A stretch of 64,000 nucleotides of DNA from a virus (IMGVR_UViG_3300011008_000003), one strand, 5' to 3'. Counted from the first letter of the stretch, positions 37,891-47,311 are shown. Made by a program: numbers and translations. Notes: generated by a model from the sequence alone, not told the origin.

Positions 37891-38767
37891 TTGCATGTTA
37901 AATTCATACATAACTCTTGCTAGGAATCTATCGTCGAAAAAAGACCTATTATATGATCCAACATATTATGATGTTTGGTTATGTCCTAGAAATATATCGT
38001 TGTCTGGAATCAACGGTACTAATGAAACGTTATATACTTTGAGAAATACTTTTTATCAAGATGCAATGACACATCTTGGTATGTTGGGAAATCTTCATAT
38101 GGAAACATATGATACTGACGGCATGCCATCTGAAAAAACATATCAGGAAATTTATAATATACCAGTTTCTGCGTATATGTTTTCTAAGACAGAATGTACA
38201 TCGCCGACATTCATGCAGGATTCTTGTTATCCGGATTTTAGCTATAGTGTTTATGATAAGCGTTTACATTATGCAGCAAGCGGAGATTATTATCTTTATG
38301 GTTCTGGTAGTTTGAAAAACTGGCAGAATAGACAGTCATATTTCAAGACTGAATATAATTTTTCGAATGATTATGACAAAGGTGAATATTTGAGATTTGA
38401 TGGACCGAAAGATTACTTATGTGAAGAAAATACAGCATTAGTATCTGACGCAGTATCGTTAAATACGGATGTTCATAATGCACAAGGCGGAGCATTATTA
38501 TTGACTTGGTATTCTGGTAGAAGAGTAGCAAATGTATCTGCTGATTATGTAAATACGATAAGTAAATGTGATACTATTGAACATACGAGAGCATGGAGTG
38601 CTTGTTCTGGTACTTATATGCTTACGTCTGCAAGACCGGTTGATGCTTTTACTTATGGTACAGCAGCAATTCCATGTATCTATTATGAATTACCGTTGAA
38701 TTATAAGCTCAAGAATGCAGTAGTTAATATTCAATGGTCTGAAAACGGGTTATATACATTTAGTTAA
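37877..38767 (+). CDS. Hypothetical protein, probably virion-associated
   Basis: Cotranscribed with the preceding large ORF; similar Y/S/T-rich composition. Confidence 0.7.
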   Translation: MKMPSCMLNSYITLARNLSSKKDLLYDPTYYDVWLCPRNISLSGINGTNETLYTLRNTFYQDAMTHLGMLGNLHMETYDTDGMPSEKTYQEIYNIPVSAYMFSKTECTSPTFMQDSCYPDFSYSVYDKRLHYAASGDYYLYGSGSLKNWQNRQSYFKTEYNFSNDYDKGEYLRFDGPKDYLCEENTALVSDAVSLNTDVHNAQGGALLLTWYSGRRVANVSADYVNTISKCDTIEHTRAWSACSGTYMLTSARPVDAFTYGTAAIPCIYYELPLNYKLKNAVVNIQWSENGLYTFS

Positions 38768-38768
38768 T

Positions 38769-39308
38769 ATGTCGATTTATTCTAAAAATTACGTAAAGGG
38801 ATATTTTATCCCTAAGCATCCGGAAAAATGTCTGAATATTCATCCGGAAAATTCAAAATACATTGTCGGGCGCAATGCAAAAGTTTCGAATTGTACTTAT
38901 CGTAGTTCTTGGGAATTGAAGTTTATGAAGTTCTGTGATAAGTTTGATTCGATTCTTGAATGGGGTTCTGAAATACTTGAAGTTCCATATATTAACGAAG
39001 TTGATGGAAAACAGCATACGTATGTTACTGATTTCTTTTTTGTTTGTCGTGATAAATTAGGGGCAATAAATAAGTATATTTTAGAAGTAAAGCCTAAGTG
39101 TCAGATTGCTGTTCTGAATGAGAATAACCAGATAATATATCCTGACCCGCCGAAGAAAAAGTCTCAGAAAGCTATACGTAACTGGCAAGAACGTTGTAAT
39201 GTTTTGAGAATCAATAATTCTAAATGGACATATGCACGTAAGTGGTGTAAAGAAAACGGATATATTTTTAAGGTTCTTTCAGAGGAAGAAATCGGAATAA
39301 AATATTAA
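38769..39308 (+). CDS. 4: Head completion nuclease (T4 gp4-like, TnsA-N fold)
   Basis: YRSSWELKFMKFCD....EWGSE...PY....H.YVTDF...LEVKPK...N..KW..AR.WC..NG..FKVLSE. Confidence 0.9.
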   Translation: MSIYSKNYVKGYFIPKHPEKCLNIHPENSKYIVGRNAKVSNCTYRSSWELKFMKFCDKFDSILEWGSEILEVPYINEVDGKQHTYVTDFFFVCRDKLGAINKYILEVKPKCQIAVLNENNQIIYPDPPKKKSQKAIRNWQERCNVLRINNSKWTYARKWCKENGYIFKVLSEEEIGIKY

Positions 39309-39350
39309 AATAAATATTTTAAAAAATTTTTACTATATTTTATAGAGTTT

Positions 39351-39896
39351 ATGGACGCATTTCAGAGTTTAAAAGAAGAATTTAATTTAGATGAAGCAGA
39401 AGCCGAAGTAAAGAATGCTTTGGTTAAAGCTGATGAAAAGATTGCCGAAGTTAGAGAAGGCATTAAGTCTCAAAAATATAATCTTGAAGATAAAGAATAT
39501 ATTATTACTGAATTACAAGACTTGATTGCATCTGACCGTGAAGTTATGTCTACCTTAAAGGATATGATTACACAAGGTGCAGGTAATCCTGCTATGTATG
39601 CTGTTTATGCTACACTTTCAAAATCCGTTCGTGAAAATGTGGCAAAGCTTAGCGATGTAGAAAAAGAGATTACTGACTATCAGGTTATTGAATCTAACGA
39701 AGAATATCGAGAAAAAGTTCTTGCATCCAAAGAACGTATGGCAGAGCGTAAGGCTGTTACTAATTCTGGAGGAACTCCAGGCCAGCTTACACAGAATAAT
39801 ACTTATATATTTACCCCTGCTGAACAGTTCGAAATTATGAAAAATGCTAATGTTAAACCTATTGAAGTCGAACAGCCTAAATTTGATTTGTCGTAA
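39351..39896 (+). CDS. 16: Small terminase subunit (T4 gp16-like)
   Basis: NPAMYAVYATLSKSV parallels the gp16 PR..EVFATL motif and TQNNTYIFTPAEQFEIMK parallels its TNNNVFVGS.AEL tail. Confidence 0.6.
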   Translation: MDAFQSLKEEFNLDEAEAEVKNALVKADEKIAEVREGIKSQKYNLEDKEYIITELQDLIASDREVMSTLKDMITQGAGNPAMYAVYATLSKSVRENVAKLSDVEKEITDYQVIESNEEYREKVLASKERMAERKAVTNSGGTPGQLTQNNTYIFTPAEQFEIMKNANVKPIEVEQPKFDLS

Positions 39897-39907
39897 GGAT
39901 TGTAAAA

Positions 39908-40216
39908 GTGTTATTTTCAATATATTATAAGATTGAGCATAGGGAAGAATTTTTAGAAAAACAGCTCATAAAGGCATATAGAACTTGCGACATTGACGAT
40001 CGTGAGATTATGGCTGAACGTATGACTGATTTAATGGAATTGATAGTAAATATGCTCTTAAATGAAGATAAACAGGGGCTTTATATGCTTTTGACGTCAA
40101 AAAATTCAAAAAGTACTCGAGTTTTCTTCAATTATTTAACTTGCTCAAATCTTCGTAGTATAAATAAAGAGATAGTTAAGAATCGTCTTAACGAAATATT
40201 TAAGGCAAATAAATAA
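39908..40216 (+). CDS. Hypothetical protein (102 aa, GTG start)
   Basis: ORF in operon, AGGA RBS. Confidence 0.65.
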   Translation: MLFSIYYKIEHREEFLEKQLIKAYRTCDIDDREIMAERMTDLMELIVNMLLNEDKQGLYMLLTSKNSKSTRVFFNYLTCSNLRSINKEIVKNRLNEIFKANK

Positions 40217-40219
40217 GAT

Positions 40220-41020
40220 ATGAAGACATTAAAAGATATATTTGACGAAACATTCAAGCCTATTAGTCTTTCAGAATCTGAAGATTTTAATAACTTCTTG
40301 ACAGAAGAGGCTGATTTTACGCCAGTTCCGGTTATTAGCGAAGCTGACGACCCGTTTGGCGGTGATGATACAGCCGGCGGCGGAGACGCTGGTGGAGATG
40401 CAGGCGGAGACCTCGGCGGTGACGCAGGCGGTGATCCGTTTGGCGGAGATGCTGGCGGAGCTGATCCGTTTGGTGGTCCAGATGGTGGTGCCGGTGGCGG
40501 CGGAGCTGGTGGTGGCGCCGGCGGAGAAGGCGGTGCAGCTGCTGGTGAAGATAAGGATAAGGACGAGGATGAAGATACTGTTGATTTCGATGCTCATGAA
40601 GATGACCCGGAATTTAACCAGGGAACAAATAATCCGAACGATGTAACCTTGTCTGATACTCCGGGTGCAAAGGCAGTATTCGATATTGAAAATATCATGA
40701 AGACTGTAACCTCTGTAATCCAGACACTGAGCGAAGACCAGTTGGTTGAAATCGAAAAGGTTAAGGCTTGTATCGAGCTCATCTTTAACGGTAAGCTTCT
40801 GAACGAAGAAGATTTAGAGTTTGAAAACATTAAGAACGCTATATTCTTGGTCAAGAAGATTTCTGCTAAGCTCGATATTAAGGCTAGGGCATATTTGAAC
40901 AGAAAGCTCAAGGAACCGTTGATTAAGAAACGCGATAAGATTAAGCAAGACATTGCTTCTAAGAAGGGTGAACTTAATAATACGCGTGATTTACTAACGA
41001 AACTTGATACAGAAGTTTAA
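40220..41020 (+). CDS. Hypothetical protein with Gly/Asp-rich GGD(A/P) repeat linker
   Basis: DDPFGGDDTAGGGDAGGDAGGDLGGDAGGDPFGGDAGGADPFGG tract; basic helical C-terminus. Confidence 0.8.
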   Translation: MKTLKDIFDETFKPISLSESEDFNNFLTEEADFTPVPVISEADDPFGGDDTAGGGDAGGDAGGDLGGDAGGDPFGGDAGGADPFGGPDGGAGGGGAGGGAGGEGGAAAGEDKDKDEDEDTVDFDAHEDDPEFNQGTNNPNDVTLSDTPGAKAVFDIENIMKTVTSVIQTLSEDQLVEIEKVKACIELIFNGKLLNEEDLEFENIKNAIFLVKKISAKLDIKARAYLNRKLKEPLIKKRDKIKQDIASKKGELNNTRDLLTKLDTEV

Positions 41021-41024
41021 AAAG

Positions 41025-41052
41025 AAAACCGGTTGAAAAACCGGTTTTTTAT
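41025..41052. terminator. Bidirectional intrinsic terminator
   Basis: AAAACCGGTT-GAAA-AACCGGTTTT between convergent genes. Confidence 0.8.
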
Positions 41053-41067
41053 TTTATTTAATTTTTA

Positions 41068-41553
41068 TTAGGTTAAATCAAATTCAGGAAGTTCAGACTT
41101 TTCTTCTTCAACAGGAGCTTCAGTTTGTACTTCTACTTGTTTAGCCTTTTTCTTTTTTGTCGGCTTTGTTTCTACAACCGGTGTTTCAACAACTTCTTCA
41201 GCAACAGTTTCTTCGACGACAGGAGCAGTTTCTTCAACTACTGGTTCAACCTGTTCTTGAACAGCTTCTTCCTGTGCCTTCTTGTTAGCCTTGAGCATAT
41301 TGATGAAATTCTGATATTCCTGTTCGAATTCATCAAGATTAACCTGCTGGACAGGGCGTCTACGTGATGAGAATGAACGGAAGTGACGAGCGGCCGGAAT
41401 AACCGGAGCTGGAATTTCCGGGTGAATAAGTTTAAGATGTTCAACGTCTTGCTGAGAATATTGAGGCGTTGTATCTCTACGATAACGTTCTGCAAATTTG
41501 TTTTGCAGATTCTGCTTAAAAAGCATATATTGTGAATTTACATGTCTTGCCAT
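41068..41553 (-). CDS. Hypothetical protein (161 aa), basic N-half and acidic C-half
   Basis: ORF with AAGGA RBS. Confidence 0.75.
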   Translation of the reverse strand: MARHVNSQYMLFKQNLQNKFAERYRRDTTPQYSQQDVEHLKLIHPEIPAPVIPAARHFRSFSSRRRPVQQVNLDEFEQEYQNFINMLKANKKAQEEAVQEQVEPVVEETAPVVEETVAEEVVETPVVETKPTKKKKAKQVEVQTEAPVEEEKSELPEFDLT

Positions 41554-41567
41554 GATTTGTTTTTTCC

Positions 41568-41945
41568 TTATTTTATATGATTCAACATCGTTTCTGGTAC
41601 ATTATGTACTACATATCCAGGAGGATTAGCCTTATTTCCCTTTTCGATTCTTAATGTATAGAGGTTAACTCCGTCGATAGGGTCAGATTGTTCTAATATC
41701 CTATAAAGACATTTATCATCCTTGACATTACTAACGACACATTCATTAATTTCAAACGGGCGTACAGTATAGTCTACAGTATATTCAGAAAATTCTTCTA
41801 CTTCTGGTGGTTCATTACCTAGAGTTTTTGCACGCTTTACACCGTCTGCTAATTTACGAGCTACCCAGTCAGGGCAAGTCTTCGCCTTGATTACGTCTCT
41901 CATAGTTTCCATGAGAATATTTAGTTGCTGGGTTTTTAAATCCAT
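41568..41945 (-). CDS. Hypothetical protein (125 aa)
   Basis: Start overlaps the stop of the 41945-42232 ORF. Confidence 0.75.
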   Translation of the reverse strand: MDLKTQQLNILMETMRDVIKAKTCPDWVARKLADGVKRAKTLGNEPPEVEEFSEYTVDYTVRPFEINECVVSNVKDDKCLYRILEQSDPIDGVNLYTLRIEKGNKANPPGYVVHNVPETMLNHIK

Positions 41946-42232
41946 TAGTGTTTTACCAAACGTTTCTTCTTTTTCTTTTTCTTCTTAATCTGCCTTAACC
42001 AGTATTCAGGATGATGTGCATCTGGAACGCCTTTGTAAAGCGGGTTGATAGAGTACGGAGATCTCTGATAAAGAAGACCCATACGCTGTGGACAACATCC
42101 CTTACAGTCACCGCCGTGAGGAATGCCTTGGTCAAGGCCACAAGGAGAACCAACGCCCATGGTGAAATCTTCATTGAGCTGGACTTCATAGCCGTTTTCT
42201 TCTAAAATTTCTAATGCTTCGTCTAAAGTCAT
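41945..42232 (-). CDS. Small protein carrying a copy of the major capsid N-arm peptide and a poly-Lys tail
   Basis: LNEDFTMGVGSPCGLDQGIPHGGDCKG vs MCP LTEDFTQGVGAPLGLDQGIPHGGDARG; C-terminal IKKKKKKKKRLVKH. Confidence 0.85.
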   Translation of the reverse strand: MTLDEALEILEENGYEVQLNEDFTMGVGSPCGLDQGIPHGGDCKGCCPQRMGLLYQRSPYSINPLYKGVPDAHHPEYWLRQIKKKKKKKKRLVKH

Positions 42233-42251
42233 AATTTATTTATGTTTCCTT

Positions 42252-42524
42252 TTAATAGGCGTCGTATTCACGCCATGATGATTTTAAAAATTCTTCTCTA
42301 GTTCTTGTATATTGTTTTCCATTATATTCTACAATTACATTATTGCCGATAGTTTCTTTTATTACTACCTTGATTGGACAACATGCTTTTACTTCTTTGA
42401 TATGTGTCCAGTATTTACCGCCAACTTCTATATTGAATCCGAATCTATCGAATTCTCGCATATTTCGTTTTTCACATTCTGGACATGGTACCGGTGGCGG
42501 TGGAGGAGGCGGATAATAATGCAT
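42252..42524 (-). CDS. Hypothetical protein (poly-Pro, CPEC, SH3-like C-terminus)
   Basis: ORF in operon. Confidence 0.65.
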   Translation of the reverse strand: MHYYPPPPPPPVPCPECEKRNMREFDRFGFNIEVGGKYWTHIKEVKACCPIKVVIKETIGNNVIVEYNGKQYTRTREEFLKSSWREYDAY

Positions 42525-42525
42525 G

Positions 42526-43065
42526 TTAATGTTTCCTTAAAATTGTGTCCAACTCATCGTTGAGCCTGTGAATGATATACTGTTTCGATAAGCTTTCGGT
42601 ATTGGTAAGGCAGTTCTGAAGTCGAATATCACCCATTGCACTGTTCAGCCAGTTAACTGACATGAGACAAGACATTCTGGGTTTCAGCCATTCTCTAAGC
42701 TTGAACATCAAGAGGTCGAGATTGGAAATTGCGTCTTCTTCTTGCTGGTTTACCGGATTTCTTACAAGCTTACCGTTTTTATCGATAAGACCAAGTTTGA
42801 AAGCTTTGGTTTTCGATGGAATTGTAGTAATCGATTTTAAAAATATGTAGACAAGAATATTGTCTATTGTCCTGTTATGATTTGTGAGGCTTATTTTCTT
42901 ATTTTTGATTTTAAGAGATTTGACAGTCTTACGTGCTTCAGTAAGAATGTTATCTGCTTCAAAATAATCAGAAATCGTCTCTGCGTTATTCACGAGACGA
43001 GAAAGCCCTTTGACAGGGTTTGGATCTTCAAGAGAATAGTAGAATCGTTCCCATAGTTTTTCCAT
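42526..43065 (-). CDS. Conserved T4-like hypothetical protein
   Basis: TKAFKLGLIDKNGKLVR..EEDAISNLDLLMFKLREWL motif, which I recall from T4-like phage hypotheticals; late promoter 4 nt upstream. Confidence 0.65.
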   Translation of the reverse strand: MEKLWERFYYSLEDPNPVKGLSRLVNNAETISDYFEADNILTEARKTVKSLKIKNKKISLTNHNRTIDNILVYIFLKSITTIPSKTKAFKLGLIDKNGKLVRNPVNQQEEDAISNLDLLMFKLREWLKPRMSCLMSVNWLNSAMGDIRLQNCLTNTESLSKQYIIHRLNDELDTILRKH

Positions 43066-43068
43066 ACA

Positions 43069-43082
43069 TTATTTATAAATAA
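43069..43082. promoter_or_regulatory. Palindromic bidirectional late promoter TTATTTATAAATAA
   Basis: Perfect palindrome between divergent genes 43065 and 43090. Confidence 0.8.
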
Positions 43083-43089
43083 TTTTGCT

Positions 43090-43947
43090 ATGGGTATAGA
43101 ATGTAAGATATGTCATAACTGGTTTAACGATGTCAACGAATTGACTTTGCATATAAGAAGGGACCATAAAATAACGGTCCAATCTTATTATGATACTTAT
43201 GTTAGAAAACCAGATGAGGGTAAATGTAAGAATTGCGGGAAACCGACGAAATTTAATGGTTATAGTAAGGGATATTCTGAATTCTGTTCGGTATCATGTG
43301 CAAGAACGAAACAGATTGAAGACCAAGCTTCAGAATATACGTGTGCGATATGCGATGAAGTAATTAAAGGAAAGAACGTGAGAGCTACGATGATTGCATT
43401 CGCGACTCATATTCGAAATGCACATGGGATTTATGAACCTAGATTGTATTACGATAAATTTGTTAAGAAAGAAGGCGAAGGAAAATGTCCGATTTGCGGT
43501 AAGGAAACAAAGTTCCAGTCTATCTCGAAAGGATATGACCAGTATTGTTCTGTAGAATGTGCCGCCGCTGGTGCAAAACAAGACGAGAATTCCCATAATT
43601 CAAAAGTTCATTTGACAGCAGTGCTTAAAGAAAAAGCAAGAAATTTTGCGGAGAAAGTTGCTGAAAAGTACCGTAACTTTTTACGTAAAGAAAAGAAATC
43701 GGGTTTTTCTGATGTTCGTGAAAATACGATTGTACAAGAAAATATAAAAGACGAAAGAATGGTCGAGACTGTTGACGGAAGTATGGCACAGGTTAAAACC
43801 GAAATTTCTATGTCGACACAACGTGACCCATGGATGGGAACACAGACCAAATATACTCCTAGAATGGAAAATTGCTATAAAAATCCATATTTTGATGAGA
43901 TTATCGACGACGGCGAAGGTATCAACGAAACAGAGTGGTGTCGGTAA
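43090..43947 (+). CDS. Tandem zinc-finger protein
   Basis: Two copies of CxxC..H...H followed by YYD.(Y/F)V.K..EGKC..CGK.TKF....KGY..(F/Y)CS..CA. Confidence 0.8.
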   Translation: MGIECKICHNWFNDVNELTLHIRRDHKITVQSYYDTYVRKPDEGKCKNCGKPTKFNGYSKGYSEFCSVSCARTKQIEDQASEYTCAICDEVIKGKNVRATMIAFATHIRNAHGIYEPRLYYDKFVKKEGEGKCPICGKETKFQSISKGYDQYCSVECAAAGAKQDENSHNSKVHLTAVLKEKARNFAEKVAEKYRNFLRKEKKSGFSDVRENTIVQENIKDERMVETVDGSMAQVKTEISMSTQRDPWMGTQTKYTPRMENCYKNPYFDEIIDDGEGINETEWCR

Positions 43948-43984
43948 TATTATAAATAATATAAAAATAAAGGCTTAAAGAAAT

Positions 43985-46900
43985 ATGGAAGTTGAAAAGA
44001 AGTTTATATTTACCGATGAAGGTCGTAATCTTTTAATTTCTCAAGATGGTGGCGTAAGGTTTGCTACAATTGGCGGTATTCTCGTTCAAGGCCTTGCTCC
44101 TGTTCCGGCAGATATGCTTTGGGAGACTTATAGGGGTTTGACGTTTGAACAGTTACTGGATAACGACAATGTTATGATCGGTATGCCGGATGTGGCATAT
44201 AAGTCGATAAATACTGGACTTATTGAACCGGTAAATGAAGAACAGTACGAAGCTGCATTGGAAGATATTAAATCTGGTACTGGTTTACAACATATGTTCG
44301 GTACATATTATAAGCCGAACAGGGAATTAGAAGGCGATAGCGGCTCTCATTACGGTACATATGAATTTACATATGACAAGACTTCTCTCGCTTGGGACAT
44401 GCAGAATGATGTGTCATTTAGCATGCTTATTTTGATTGGTAAGCAGTATGCTGAAACTGACGACGCTACATTTAATGTTGATAAAACACAGCGTCCTGTA
44501 ATTGTTGGTATTGCTCAGCTTCCTGGTATTTACGATGATGAAATTGGTCCGTCAAGTTTTGAAGGTGGTATTGAATTCCTTGCTGAACAGAATAAGTATA
44601 TCTGTACAAGTCTTCGACTTCAGTTCACTCTTACCGATGCAGACCATGACGCAACTGAAATCTTCATGGATGAAGAAAAATATGAAGATTATATGGACAT
44701 GATGAGTAAGATGTCTGTCATTAATGACGGTCTTAAAACAAAGGATGAAGTCCATATTGTCGATACGAATCAGCCTAAAGAAACTCTTGAAAAACTTGAT
44801 GACGCATTAAGTAATACTGATACATTATTACGAGTTGCCCCGTCTCCTGGTAGTGTTGCTACTCAGCGTACTATGATGATTGCTGACCCGTATTATGCAA
44901 CAGATTTGGAAAACCAGTGGAATGCTGGTGCTCAGGTTCATATTGTCAATAAGAAGGTTGATAAAGATAATAAGACAAGGTATAAGGAGCAGATTGTCCT
45001 TACTACATTGGAAGCACCAGAAGATATTGAAGATTTGACTGCTGAAGAATTAACAGCATATTATGCTGGTATTATGCTTCGCGGTAAAGGTGCTGAAATT
45101 AAGGGAGAAACAAGTAAGGGTGCTGGTCCTGAATATATTCCGACACCAGGCACTTCAGGTACATCTGCAACTTATATTGATATTCATTATAATGGTTTTG
45201 AATCCCCAATTTTCCGACAGGTTGCGGTTCCTGAATATGATAAGTATGCAGTAGATATTTTCGGTATTGAGAATAAGATTCTCGACGCAGATAATATTGA
45301 TAAATTCTTGTTCTCTCAACGTAACGTATCTTTTATGCCAGCAGGTCCAGAAGAATACGGTTATGAAGATGATACAGTTAACTACGGTTATAATGTAGTT
45401 TTGAATTCTCATGAAAACATTATGAACGCAAACACGAACAATATGTTTGTTCGTTCTAACGGAAATATTCTTTCTGGTTATTCTAACTGTAACTTGCTTT
45501 TCGCATCTGATAGAAACCTATTTACAAACGGTGCTAATACTAACCTTGTGTTCGGATCCGATTTGAACATGTTCGACGGTGAAAATTCTCAAGGTAACAT
45601 AATAATTGGTGGTAGTGAAAACTTTATTGATGGTACAGTTCACAGTATTTACTTCGGCGGTACCGGATTAAAGAGCTTCGGTCTTGATGAAAAGATTTTG
45701 ATGGGTAACTATAATGCCTATAGTACGGCAGATGTAGTTTATGGTTGCGGTACAAGTAATGACGACCGTCGTAATGCATTGGAATTCTTCCCGTCTACTG
45801 GTACGTTGAATCTTTATAATAATGGTAGCTTGGCAATTACGCTTGGCGGTACTAATGGTATTTTGATGCCGCAAGGCAAGGTTCTGTCAGTTGACAAGTT
45901 ACATGCAAGTGATTTCTTGTGGACTAGTAATTTAAAGGTTAGCCCGGAAGTTGATAGTGCTGGTTATATTACAATGTCTGTGTCAAGGCAGCAAAATGGT
46001 ACTTTGACTCCGTATATGGCTATGCGTACGAGCACTTTGAATAACAAGTCTGGTTATTTTGAATTCTCTACTGCAAAAACTGCTATCGAATTAGGTTTTG
46101 ATGATGCTTCTGATGAAGAAACTACAAGAGAATTTAGAAGCTATCTCGATACTGGTATGGCTGGTTTTGTTAGAAACTACTATTCGAGAATGCCGAGTGT
46201 TAACGGTATTGGTATTAATAGTAAGTATAACAATACAACCAGGAAGATGGAAGAGCAAGCAGGTACTATTGATATTTTCGAAGGTAATAGAAATTCAAAT
46301 GCACGCCTTACTTTGGATGCAAGAGGAATGACATTTACCGAATCTGAAGTTGAAAGGGTTAAGCTTTCTCCAGAGGGACTTGAATTCTTTGATGAGAACC
46401 ATAATTCTGTATTGACATTAACTGAAGATACTCAGATTTATCAAAAGTTAACTATGGATGTTACTATCAATATCTACGGGAATCCAGACTGTGGTGATGC
46501 TCATAATGAACCAGCTACTAGAGGATGGCGTCCTATTATTACAAGTATTGACGGTCCAGAATTTTATAAAAAGTGGATTAAGAATATATTTAAGGGTGCA
46601 GCACCTATTTGTATGATGGCTGGTAATCATGCTCCTAAATATGAAAATAAGGCACTTTCTGTTGTTGGTTCTACTACTGCTGGTGCTTGGAATAGTCAGC
46701 AAATTCACTATTTGTCTAAGAACAACGCTGCTAATGTTACATCATTCTCTAATATTGTAGCTGGACAGGGTAATTTCTTCGGTTATAGAAAGAATGAAAC
46801 TAGTTATGTTGCTGATACAGGTGACAATGCTGTAATGTTCTATGCGATTAAGGTTCCTACAGATACTAATGGTAGAATGATTAATGAAATCGAAATCAAT

Positions 46901-47278
46901 TTGTATCTTGAAGATTATAGTGGTTATGATTATTCGTTCCCGGCAGTATTTTATGTTGAAGCAGGTCAGGGTGATTTTACTGAAATGATTCGTCCATTGA
47001 TAAAGCTTAATGTAAGTTTACATGATTCTGGCGACGGAAATGATAATAATGAAGACTTCTGGATTTGGACTTATAATCATAATGACCCATCTGCACAACA
47101 GGATAATAGAGATTATAATTTGTATAGACATGTTAAATATAAAGAAACAATTAAAGAATATACAATCCATCAAGATAAGATAACCAGATTTACTAGCCGT
47201 GCAGCTGTATGTAGTACAGGAATATGGCCAGCAAAATGGAATAATAATCCTGCAGGATGGATAATAAACGAACAATAA
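43985..47278 (+). CDS. Large (1097 aa) putative tail fibre/baseplate-attached protein
   Basis: N-terminus FIFTDEGRNLL typical of baseplate-attachment domains; central Asn/Gly-rich beta-solenoid-like repeats; adjacent to gp6. Confidence 0.6.
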   Translation: MEVEKKFIFTDEGRNLLISQDGGVRFATIGGILVQGLAPVPADMLWETYRGLTFEQLLDNDNVMIGMPDVAYKSINTGLIEPVNEEQYEAALEDIKSGTGLQHMFGTYYKPNRELEGDSGSHYGTYEFTYDKTSLAWDMQNDVSFSMLILIGKQYAETDDATFNVDKTQRPVIVGIAQLPGIYDDEIGPSSFEGGIEFLAEQNKYICTSLRLQFTLTDADHDATEIFMDEEKYEDYMDMMSKMSVINDGLKTKDEVHIVDTNQPKETLEKLDDALSNTDTLLRVAPSPGSVATQRTMMIADPYYATDLENQWNAGAQVHIVNKKVDKDNKTRYKEQIVLTTLEAPEDIEDLTAEELTAYYAGIMLRGKGAEIKGETSKGAGPEYIPTPGTSGTSATYIDIHYNGFESPIFRQVAVPEYDKYAVDIFGIENKILDADNIDKFLFSQRNVSFMPAGPEEYGYEDDTVNYGYNVVLNSHENIMNANTNNMFVRSNGNILSGYSNCNLLFASDRNLFTNGANTNLVFGSDLNMFDGENSQGNIIIGGSENFIDGTVHSIYFGGTGLKSFGLDEKILMGNYNAYSTADVVYGCGTSNDDRRNALEFFPSTGTLNLYNNGSLAITLGGTNGILMPQGKVLSVDKLHASDFLWTSNLKVSPEVDSAGYITMSVSRQQNGTLTPYMAMRTSTLNNKSGYFEFSTAKTAIELGFDDASDEETTREFRSYLDTGMAGFVRNYYSRMPSVNGIGINSKYNNTTRKMEEQAGTIDIFEGNRNSNARLTLDARGMTFTESEVERVKLSPEGLEFFDENHNSVLTLTEDTQIYQKLTMDVTINIYGNPDCGDAHNEPATRGWRPIITSIDGPEFYKKWIKNIFKGAAPICMMAGNHAPKYENKALSVVGSTTAGAWNSQQIHYLSKNNAANVTSFSNIVAGQGNFFGYRKNETSYVADTGDNAVMFYAIKVPTDTNGRMINEIEINLYLEDYSGYDYSFPAVFYVEAGQGDFTEMIRPLIKLNVSLHDSGDGNDNNEDFWIWTYNHNDPSAQQDNRDYNLYRHVKYKETIKEYTIHQDKITRFTSRAAVCSTGIWPAKWNNNPAGWIINEQ

Positions 47279-47283
47279 AATTA

Positions 47284-47311
47284 AAAAGCTTCAGATTTTT
47301 CTGAAGCTTTT
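47284..47311. terminator. Bidirectional intrinsic terminator
   Basis: AAAAGCTTCAGA-TTTT-TCTGAAGCTTTT between convergent genes. Confidence 0.8.

Noticed and set aside
40330-40550. GGC-rich tandem repeats as a possible CRISPR or minisatellite
   Set aside because: They are in-frame codon repeats encoding a Gly/Asp linker with no repeat-spacer structure. No CRISPR array was seen anywhere in the window.
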